A stretch of 64,000 nucleotides of DNA from the IMG/VR virus record IMGVR_UViG_3300027787_000001. One strand, given 5' to 3'. The translations under genes and the position numbers were made by a program. The notes under the pieces are model-generated. The model worked only from the letters and a program-made list of their open reading frames with translations. It was not told where the DNA came from and searched no databases. This DNA is from an uncultured virus (IMG/VR IMGVR_UViG_3300027787_000001) (lineage: Duplodnaviria; Heunggongvirae; Uroviricota; Caudoviricetes). Shown one piece after another: positions 18,694 to 26,511 of the stretch (within the stretch, counting starts at the first letter, position 1; the number at the start of each line of letters is the position of its first letter).

Positions 18694-18731
18694 GGACCGC
18701 AGCTCCGCCATAAGCTGCGGTCCTTTTTTTT
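18694..18731 (+). terminator. Rho-independent terminator
   Basis: ggaccgcagct...agctgcggtcc followed by T8. Confidence 0.85.
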
Positions 18732-19010
18732 GCGGTTGCCCCTCAACCACGATTTAGCGAACTACCATGCGCCGAGGAGGGTCACAAGAACTGCTGTAAA
18801 ATAATAAAGGGGTGATAAGCGGCTGACACCGCCTCACCCCGGAACCTTTGCCTTAAGACTGTCTAGTTCGAAAGGAGACGTGAGTGCGTCTGAGATCCCT
18901 TATTATTTTACGATGCCGTGGGCCACCAGTCAACAACAAATACGTTAAACATCCAGCTTGTTAATGGGTTGGAAGGTACAGGAGAGCGGCTTGCGACGCT
19001 CTCCCGCATA

Positions 19011-19094
19011 AGGCCGAGGAGCTTTATCCTGATGGTAAGGGACGGGAGCCTGCAACTCCCGAGCAATGGGTTCGATCCCCACCTCGGTCTTCCA
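19011..19094 (+). tRNA. Irregular tRNA or tRNA-like gene (9-bp acceptor/4-bp T stem; anticodon TGC, or GCA off-register)
   Basis: aggccgagg/cctcggtct acceptor, cgggag-cctgcaa-ctcccg arm, tggg-ttcgatc-ccca T arm, encoded CCA. Confidence 0.7.
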
Positions 19095-19276
19095 TGTAGA
19101 GTCTACGTCTAATACTTGGACACGTCAACTTTTCTCTTGACAAACAGCGAGTGCTCGCTGTATTATTGGCTATGATAAAGACAGAAAACACCAACTCTTC
19201 AATGGCTTGCAGAGCTCTCGCGCCGCAGTGTCGAATAGCGAGCATGGGAACATTTAGTGCTGGGCACTACCGGGGA

Positions 19277-19732
19277 ATGATTACCGCCGAGGAAACCGTC
19301 CCGTCTTACGAATCCTTGATCGGCGTAGTGGAGATCCTTGCGAACGTTATGGAATCTCCGGCATCTTGGGCGCACTCTAAACTCAGCGGGATGACGGCTT
19401 GCGATGCAGATTGGAAAGCCATAGAATCGGCTCCTCCCAATGATGTCGCTAAAAGGCTGGCGTTTAGCGTCCTGAAATCAGCACATGCCTTGCGGCCAAT
19501 CGAACCGTCCTACGTAACGGCCTCCGCCGAGGGAGGCGTGGGAATCGTGTACAGGTCGAATGTGAAATATGCGGCGCTTGAATGCCTCAACACCGGCGAT
19601 CTTCGTCTGCTGTGGTTCGACCTGGGCGGTGCGCCACATTCAATCAAAGTTAGGCCAAGAAGGATTGGAGAAGCGCTGAAGCAAATCGCGGCAATACACG
19701 CGCCAAATGCCAGAGCCTCTCAATCCCGCTGA
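19277..19732 (+). CDS. Hypothetical protein, antitoxin/immunity-like
   Basis: DW..ESAPP...PSYVTASAEGGVGIVY pattern; overlaps downstream gene; start uncertain. Confidence 0.55.
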   Translation: MITAEETVPSYESLIGVVEILANVMESPASWAHSKLSGMTACDADWKAIESAPPNDVAKRLAFSVLKSAHALRPIEPSYVTASAEGGVGIVYRSNVKYAALECLNTGDLRLLWFDLGGAPHSIKVRPRRIGEALKQIAAIHAPNARASQSR

Positions 19733-20123
19733 TTTTCCAATTGAGATCCACAGGAATGGACAGCCACTCGTGCCTGAATTTGATGAGGATGAGTGGTTCT
19801 ACTGCCGGTTCGACCCGGCATTCGTTCTACCGAATAGTAATAACATAGACCCACTCCATATAAAACTGATACCATGTCCCGATTTTTCATCGAACCGTAG
19901 CAAGTTTAGTAAATCTTGGCATGTTCTTTGCCCATTAGCGAAATTTAGAAACCATGTTGTTTTTAAGTTCCGCATACAAGATCTTCCAGCTACGATTCAG
20001 GGCGACGGAAAAAACGCTCCGGTCCATGATGTCAAGACGGAGCACGATCCAGAAGAATATAACTACAGCCGACCTGGCAAGGCCCGAAGCATTCCGAAGA
20101 TCACTGAGGTTAGGGCGTCGTAG
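19707..20123 (+). CDS. Hypothetical protein, possibly ART/RES-like toxin, perhaps C-terminally truncated
   Basis: DEWFYCR...SSNRSKFS...VKTEHDP..NYS pattern. Confidence 0.5.
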   Translation: MPEPLNPADFPIEIHRNGQPLVPEFDEDEWFYCRFDPAFVLPNSNNIDPLHIKLIPCPDFSSNRSKFSKSWHVLCPLAKFRNHVVFKFRIQDLPATIQGDGKNAPVHDVKTEHDPEEYNYSRPGKARSIPKITEVRAS

Positions 20124-20532
20124 CGGACACCGTAAAGCTGGACGAAGTGGTTGATCCTGCCGCAATCGTCGTGCTGGCTGGCACCGTGAACTGGGTCGTG
20201 TCACTAGAGGATAGCGCCACGGTGGCGACCGCTGCTGGAGCGATATTGACTGTCGCGGTGCAACTTACCGATGTTCCCGCTACGATCTCCAGAATACCGG
20301 CAGGGTCGATACAGGCATTGGCCGTGGACGTGGATGACAGTGTCGAACATAGCGGCACCTGTGGGGCCGACAACGTCAGAGTCAGCTTCGGAACTTTCTT
20401 TATCCCCAGGATCGCCGAAGCTGTCTGCGGAGGGGCGCCAGTGGATGTCTGACCACTTACGGTTTGACCGAGCGCAACTCCCGCGAGTAGGAGCATGGTG
20501 CCTGCGGCTGTCATCGTCATCCTGAGTTTCAT
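20110..20532 (-). CDS. Secreted Ig-like protein
   Basis: Signal peptide (..VALG/Q); VALSSSD...VPASTTIAAGSTTSSSFTV. Confidence 0.75.
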   Translation of the reverse strand: MKLRMTMTAAGTMLLLAGVALGQTVSGQTSTGAPPQTASAILGIKKVPKLTLTLSAPQVPLCSTLSSTSTANACIDPAGILEIVAGTSVSCTATVNIAPAAVATVALSSSDTTQFTVPASTTIAAGSTTSSSFTVSATTP

Positions 20533-20548
20533 TTATCTTTTCCCCTTT

Positions 20549-23500
20549 CTAAAACTTTATCACCCCGCGCAATACTGCACCGTTCCCAAAGTTCGTTACT
20601 GTAAGCGTAACGGTAGTTGACCCCACCGCGCCGTTCGCATCGGTAGCTTGAACATCGAACGTAAATACGCCCAAACCGATTGCCGCAGTCGGCGTTCCGC
20701 TCAGAATTCCGCCAGAAGATAGCGTCAGGCCATTCGGAGGACTGCCTGACGAAATCAGCCACGTATACGGCGCGGTTCCGTTGGCCGCGGAAAATGTTAA
20801 GGTATAAGGCTGCCCGTATATCGCCGCAGTAAGAGTTGGCCCCGGAGTGATCGTGATGCCTGGAGCAATTGTCACGGCGAAAGTCTGAGTGGGATTTCCG
20901 CCAGAGCCTCCGTCCGTGACGGCTACAAGGACATTGAAAGTTCCCGATTGCGTGGGAGTTCCGCCGAAGGCCCCGCTGGAAGCGTTTAGTGTGAGCCCTG
21001 CCGGAGCGCCACTGGTGATAGCAAATGATGGAGTCGTGCAACCAGAGGTCGTGACGGTGACTGATCCCGACAATGGGTACGCAAGGTTGACAGTGCCGTC
21101 TGGAAGTGGGCTGGCGGGACCACTAATCGAGCAGGTGGCTCCTGCGGGGCGCACTGCTAGTGCAAACTTAGACTGTTTCGCGCTGGTGCTGCAATTATTT
21201 GACTGGCCGTTGACAACTGTGTGGTTGTAGTATGGGACATTGTTTAGCAGCCAAGTCTGCGCGCTAGCTCCGGAGCAGGTGCCCGCAGGACAGCCGGCCT
21301 GGGCATAGCTGATTGCCCCAACGAAGGTCCCGTGAGCGCGGGCAGAGTTGGAGTAGCCGTGGTCAGCACACCGGAAGTTTCCCCACTGCAAAGAAGTCAA
21401 CGAGGCGTTATGGCCTGAGCCAGCATCGTCAAAACTCGCTATAGCCTGAAGCGTGGATAGGAATTCTCCCAATACAGTTCCCCAATCTGTTGCGAATGGT
21501 CCGGTGCTAAGGTCGCTGGCACAACTAGTGCTGTTGCGGTAGGGGGACACCAGGGACGCGATCAGATAGGGATTGTAGTTGGCATTCATGACTTCCCCAA
21601 CGAGACGGGTGTCGAGCGCTGTCGCGTCCGTAGCGGCGTTGCTAAACCCCATTTCCAGCAGGTGGTGCAACACCACGCCCCCAGGCCACACCTGCCATTC
21701 GCCGTTTGTGACTTTTGATTTCGTGGTGTCGATAATGACTGAAGAAGATGTACAATCTCCCGTCACCGGGTAGTTCAACGGAGATACGGCCACAGTGTTA
21801 GCGCAATTTGTGCCATTGTTCAGGGAGCAGTTAGAGCGAACCGTGCAATTGGCCCAGTCCCAGCGGGTAGCTAGGCTAACCGTATACGATGAACATCCGG
21901 GGTTCGGGCCGGGGCTAGTAGGAGTAAGAGGAGAGCCGGTTTTGCCGAGAAAGCCTTCTAGAAGTTCGAGGTTGCTGTTGACCTTGGCGGTAAAGTATAA
22001 CTTCTCTGGTGTACCGTTCGGAGCCATGAAAGCCGCATGGCCGAGAGTGTTCATCGAAGCGGCGTAAGCGCGGAAAGCGTTGTGCGTGGAGGTGTAATTG
22101 AAGAATGTGAAGAATCCGTTGGAAGCATAGCTGGGAGTGGTCCCAGCTTCCTTGTCGTTAACCAATAAACCTGATGCCTCAAAATACAATTCATCCAAGT
22201 AAAACTGTTCGCCGGTCAGCATGTAGGCTACGTAAGCGTACTCCTGCCAGTGAGAAGGGAAGCCGTCAGACGCATTGTCCCAAGCGCCATAGGTAGCCGT
22301 CTTATTGTCTACGCCGACCAGAGCTACCGGATAAACACGGTTGGATTCCCAACCAGTGTTTAATGTTGCGGATGGGTGAGCATCGCGGGACAATACGCGA
22401 CCGTTCTCAGGGTAAGTTGCATAGGTCGACCCGCATGCTGTGGCGGGCGTTGCGTTCTTGTCGTCATAACCTACGCAGTAGAACGGCGCTGCGGCACGGC
22501 TCTCACGGGCATGGATAGGTACCGAACCTGTAGAGGCCCACACACCGCCCCCACCCGTGACATTGTTAGCGGTAAGATTGGTGTCAATCGCTCCACTGAG
22601 TCCAGTGAGCATTTGCCACGCTCGGGCGCATTTGCTGTGGGTTGCTCCTGCGTCTGCCGTAGCGCAGTCGTTGTTCATGTTGCGCAGGTATACAAGGTCG
22701 TACCAAGAAAGGGGCGAATACTCATCGTTATTGTTGAATTGCAAGACTCGATTACTCGTACCGTTCGCATCGCCCTTGTCGCCTGTTGCCCATTGTGTGT
22801 AAGTGGTAACCACAGTGGGGTCCATCGAAACATCAGGGTCGGGTAGCGTCACATTGGTGTCGTAGTACAGGATCGCCTTAGTCTTGCGGAGGTAGTCGAA
22901 GTTGAAGTCCATCCTGGTCTGACCGGGTGCCGTGACGGTCCAGACGGTTTTGTGCCAACGGGAAAAGATCGGATGAACGCCGATCTGGAGTTCGATGGCT
23001 GATGCGCTGCCTTGGGGCGTGCGGTCAAGAACTGCGGTTGTGCCATTGGTTACGCTTTTGATAACGCCCCAGTTCCCGGTGCCCCCTGCTGGATACTCGA
23101 CCGGCATCCCCACATCACCGGCGACAAAAGCGGCAGTGGCCGAAGTGATGGTCGTGCTGCCATTGGTGACGACAGCATCGGTTACGGCACGGCCTGTAGA
23201 AGCTCCGCTGCCCCGCGTCCACACGGACGAAGGAGTGGACGTGCCAACCTTGAGATTGACCGTGTAGAGTTGGTTCTGCGCCCGTTGGGTCCAGTCGTTT
23301 TCGAGAGTGATTGTGACCTTCACGCCACAGAACGGATCGCCTGCGTTGCAGGAGTTCGTGCCGGTGTTGTAGGACAGGCCGGGGTAGAAGTATAGATCCC
23401 AGATCGGATGGAGGCTACAAGTATTCCCGGCGTTCCCAGGCGGGCAAGCCGTGCCCATCGCAGGAGGCACGGTGTTGTTGTAGGCCCAGCCGAAGTCGTA

Positions 23501-24085
23501 CTTGTAGGCCGTCGTGCAGTCCTGAACGCGGATCGCGGTGACCACTGGACCCGAGAGCCACGTTTGTATCTGGCAGTAGGTTCCGAATCCCAGCGCAACG
23601 TCAGCCAGCATAGTCTGAGCATCCGTTGTGACGGTCGTACCGTTGGCGGTGATGAGCAGTTGCGCTCCCCATCCTGAATGGGCGCTGTCGAAGTTCTCCA
23701 TCTGGGTGCGGGTGAGAGCACCGCTCGTAGGGCACGCGCCAGAGGTGGGATTGAAGCTGACCAACGTGGCGCTTAACGCCGTGAGCGTCTTGTAAAAGCT
23801 GACGATCCCCCACTGCACACTACCGTCAGGCCAAGTGTTCTTTACGTCGAACTGGTACGTGGCTATGAGGCTTGCGCCGCTTACGGTGCCATCGCCCTGG
23901 ACCGTTCCCCCAGTAGCAGGCTGTGGGCAGTCCCCCGAAGGGATGTCCCCCTGCTTGAACGTCACGCCGTAGCTGAAGGGATGGTTGGTCTGCCCGGCGT
24001 TATCAACCTCGTAGATAGTCTGCGGGTTGAGGGTATTGGCCCATGCAGGAGCCAGAGCTACAAATAACAGGATCAGCTTTTTCAT
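20549..24085 (-). CDS. Large secreted protein: YetA/PL26-like N-terminal and helical domains plus two putative Ig (He_PIG) repeats
   Basis: Signal peptide; PFSYGVTFKQGDIP...VKNTWPDGSVQW; AYVAYMLTGEQFYLDEL; LPDGTVN..Y, GTAPYTW.ISSGSPPNGLTLSSGGILSGTPT. Confidence 0.75.
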   Translation of the reverse strand: MKKLILLFVALAPAWANTLNPQTIYEVDNAGQTNHPFSYGVTFKQGDIPSGDCPQPATGGTVQGDGTVSGASLIATYQFDVKNTWPDGSVQWGIVSFYKTLTALSATLVSFNPTSGACPTSGALTRTQMENFDSAHSGWGAQLLITANGTTVTTDAQTMLADVALGFGTYCQIQTWLSGPVVTAIRVQDCTTAYKYDFGWAYNNTVPPAMGTACPPGNAGNTCSLHPIWDLYFYPGLSYNTGTNSCNAGDPFCGVKVTITLENDWTQRAQNQLYTVNLKVGTSTPSSVWTRGSGASTGRAVTDAVVTNGSTTITSATAAFVAGDVGMPVEYPAGGTGNWGVIKSVTNGTTAVLDRTPQGSASAIELQIGVHPIFSRWHKTVWTVTAPGQTRMDFNFDYLRKTKAILYYDTNVTLPDPDVSMDPTVVTTYTQWATGDKGDANGTSNRVLQFNNNDEYSPLSWYDLVYLRNMNNDCATADAGATHSKCARAWQMLTGLSGAIDTNLTANNVTGGGGVWASTGSVPIHARESRAAAPFYCVGYDDKNATPATACGSTYATYPENGRVLSRDAHPSATLNTGWESNRVYPVALVGVDNKTATYGAWDNASDGFPSHWQEYAYVAYMLTGEQFYLDELYFEASGLLVNDKEAGTTPSYASNGFFTFFNYTSTHNAFRAYAASMNTLGHAAFMAPNGTPEKLYFTAKVNSNLELLEGFLGKTGSPLTPTSPGPNPGCSSYTVSLATRWDWANCTVRSNCSLNNGTNCANTVAVSPLNYPVTGDCTSSSVIIDTTKSKVTNGEWQVWPGGVVLHHLLEMGFSNAATDATALDTRLVGEVMNANYNPYLIASLVSPYRNSTSCASDLSTGPFATDWGTVLGEFLSTLQAIASFDDAGSGHNASLTSLQWGNFRCADHGYSNSARAHGTFVGAISYAQAGCPAGTCSGASAQTWLLNNVPYYNHTVVNGQSNNCSTSAKQSKFALAVRPAGATCSISGPASPLPDGTVNLAYPLSGSVTVTTSGCTTPSFAITSGAPAGLTLNASSGAFGGTPTQSGTFNVLVAVTDGGSGGNPTQTFAVTIAPGITITPGPTLTAAIYGQPYTLTFSAANGTAPYTWLISSGSPPNGLTLSSGGILSGTPTAAIGLGVFTFDVQATDANGAVGSTTVTLTVTNFGNGAVLRGVIKF

Positions 24086-25917
24086 CGGCTCAACCCAGAA
24101 ACAATGTTGTCCATGTAATCCAAATCGAGGCGCTCATCGGTAACGGAGCCGTTGTTATAAATCGTGGCGAATGGTGCCACTGCAATGTTCGGCACATTCG
24201 TGGCGCAGGTTTGCGGCGTACCCGCATCAATCGAAAACTGAATGGTCCCTGCTACGGTGGCGATGATATGGAATTCATGAAACGAGGTATCCACTGCGGC
24301 CACCGCAGTAGTCCTCGTTTGGGCACCTCCTACTCGGCATACCCCAAACCACGAAGTATCGGCGGCTAACTTCTCAAAGTACACGCCATCCGTGGGTTGG
24401 AAGGTTGGGCCGCTACCTAAAGCGTTTCCGTGCATACCAAAACGAGTTTGCAAATTGGCGTCGTTGGTGGGAGTGCGCGCAATCCACAAATTGTCAAATA
24501 GATCTGTCGTAGGATTGAAGAATCCACTTGTGGCGCTTTGGGCAATGTTCACGAATAATGAACCATTACCACTCGCCGTTGTGCTGGAGCTGAGAGTGAT
24601 GATACCAGGATGACCCGCAACTACAGTTCCAATCACCGCTCCATTGTTAGCGAGGCTCGATGTCCAACCCAAGTCTCCAGGGTTGGCAGTTGCGGTGGTG
24701 CTGTGAGAAAACGTCTCGCGCACGCACTCAGTCTTTGTGGAATCTAGGCAGGGTGCCCAGCGCCCGGCTGTCCCCGGCGGCGAGTTCCCTGAAATTCCCA
24801 TCGTCTGCCAGTTGGTCCCGTCGAATTGTACGGGCGTGCATCCTACAGGAGATGCTCGAAGATCATTAGCGACGAGCGCAGCTTGGCCCTGTTGTTTTTG
24901 GATCGCGGGTGTGCCCGCTTGTGAATTGACCACGAGCGTAGACGCCCCGGTATTGGCTACATCGGGGCAGAACAAAATTGTGTCCTTAGCTGCCGGCACG
25001 AAGGTAGGAGTCGTGGAACACGTATATGCCGTGCCTGAAGCTCCCGCTGCTGCACAGACAAGTGGAGTTGTTATCCCGTGGGCCGTTGCCGCGACGATTT
25101 GTTTACTGGAATTAGTCCCAGCAACATTGGCCGAGGCAGGGATGGTAGCGCCGTTCAACTGAGACGGGTTGTGGCCCTGGCAACCAAGGAAGTAGTTGGT
25201 CCCATCGGTTGAAATACATACGCTCTCACCGTTCAGCAGAGCAATACTCGTTACGCCGTTCTGAAACGTAGACACCGATGGAGTGATGGTCTGAGTTCCG
25301 GCCCCACTATTTGATACAACCAGCAGAAATTCTCCCGGCATTGTATTGGCGTTTGGCAGGGTAGGTGTCTGCGGAGCGGCATTCGATAGGTTCACAAAAC
25401 CAGGGATGGTATCTTGCGCGGTGATTGCGTAGTTGGCTCCGGTTTGGCTGTTGACCCCCGTGCCGCTGGTCCAATACCCCTGCGGGTATGCTGTGGTGCC
25501 GTTATACCAGAGCGTTTCGACGGTCACGACATTTGGCCTGTTGTCCACCGGAATCGCATTGCTGAACCCCGCCGGCCACGACACCGCATGTTTCGTCGCG
25601 TTGTTGTCCATTGTGTACTGGAACTGCAAGAGCATTCCGACGGGTGTTGCACAAGTCGTATCAATAGTCGGTGCTGTGATGTCCCCTGTCACCGTGATTG
25701 CGAATGCGGTATTGGCGACCGGCGATCCGCAGACGTAATTCGGCGTCGCGGAAAACGCTACCGTAGCCGCCGGCAGCACGGGCATGGAAGTAACAACCTT
25801 TACCCCAGTACAGTCGGGCAAGTGCGTCCGCGGGTTCACAGCCATAACGCCGCATTGAGAAAAGGCCGGCAGACAAATGAAGATTGCTAGGAATAACAGC
25901 AGCAGTGTTCGGGTCAT
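24082..25917 (-). CDS. Mosaic fibre-like protein with signal peptide
   Basis: Thr/Gly/Ala-rich modules (GVNSQTGANY, ANTGASTL, lectin-like C-terminus). Confidence 0.75.
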   Translation of the reverse strand: MTRTLLLLFLAIFICLPAFSQCGVMAVNPRTHLPDCTGVKVVTSMPVLPAATVAFSATPNYVCGSPVANTAFAITVTGDITAPTIDTTCATPVGMLLQFQYTMDNNATKHAVSWPAGFSNAIPVDNRPNVVTVETLWYNGTTAYPQGYWTSGTGVNSQTGANYAITAQDTIPGFVNLSNAAPQTPTLPNANTMPGEFLLVVSNSGAGTQTITPSVSTFQNGVTSIALLNGESVCISTDGTNYFLGCQGHNPSQLNGATIPASANVAGTNSSKQIVAATAHGITTPLVCAAAGASGTAYTCSTTPTFVPAAKDTILFCPDVANTGASTLVVNSQAGTPAIQKQQGQAALVANDLRASPVGCTPVQFDGTNWQTMGISGNSPPGTAGRWAPCLDSTKTECVRETFSHSTTATANPGDLGWTSSLANNGAVIGTVVAGHPGIITLSSSTTASGNGSLFVNIAQSATSGFFNPTTDLFDNLWIARTPTNDANLQTRFGMHGNALGSGPTFQPTDGVYFEKLAADTSWFGVCRVGGAQTRTTAVAAVDTSFHEFHIIATVAGTIQFSIDAGTPQTCATNVPNIAVAPFATIYNNGSVTDERLDLDYMDNIVSGLSR

Positions 25918-25941
25918 TTGGTTTGATTCTCCTGATGCCTA

Positions 25942-26493
25942 CTAGCTGTAGGCAAGGCTTGTGCGGTTATTCCAGATGAATTTCTGCGCTGGGCTACCGG
26001 CAGTTAGAGCCGAGGTCCCTGCCCCCGGTACTGCCGCAGCCCAACCGGCCCAGATCAGTTTTCCCCCGGCGTCGTATACATTTTTGGAGATGGCCCAGAC
26101 CGCATTCGATGTGAGCGGTGCGCGAGTCGTAACGACAAGTGTCCCGGTTAAAGCTCCAAAAGCCGTGGAGTCCACAAGTATCGTGAAGGCGTTTGCACTC
26201 GTCGGCGTAGCGATCCAGACACCGTTGATGGCAGCCCAGTTCCCGGTTCCTCCCGTAATCTTAACGGCTGGCGTAGCGGTTGCAAGAGACTGGTAGTCAA
26301 AACCGTGAGAAGTGGCGGTGAACGATACTGGACTGGCATTGGATGCCGCAGAGACAGATATCACCTGGTCCTTCAGTTGATCGGAATCTGCGTATCCAGT
26401 GTAAATCAGGTTAGTTCCGCCACCGTAATCGGAGATTATCTGATAGGCTCTCGGGGCCGGACCCTGACTTTGGTTAACTTGAACTCCTGGCAT
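25942..26493 (-). CDS. Putative virion structural protein with FCCH-like beta insertion
   Basis: IYTGYA...AVWAI.K..YD...W.NRTSLAYS frame with inserted ASNASPV..TATSHG...GNWAAING module; AAGGAG RBS. Confidence 0.7.
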   Translation of the reverse strand: MPGVQVNQSQGPAPRAYQIISDYGGGTNLIYTGYADSDQLKDQVISVSAASNASPVSFTATSHGFDYQSLATATPAVKITGGTGNWAAINGVWIATPTSANAFTILVDSTAFGALTGTLVVTTRAPLTSNAVWAISKNVYDAGGKLIWAGWAAAVPGAGTSALTAGSPAQKFIWNNRTSLAYS

Positions 26494-26511
26494 TGATGTC
26501 TCCTTAGAAAA

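Noticed and set aside
19011..19094. tRNA remnant as prophage att site
   Set aside because: No duplicate of its 3' end was noticed in the window and no integrase is adjacent; cannot be excluded without flanking sequence
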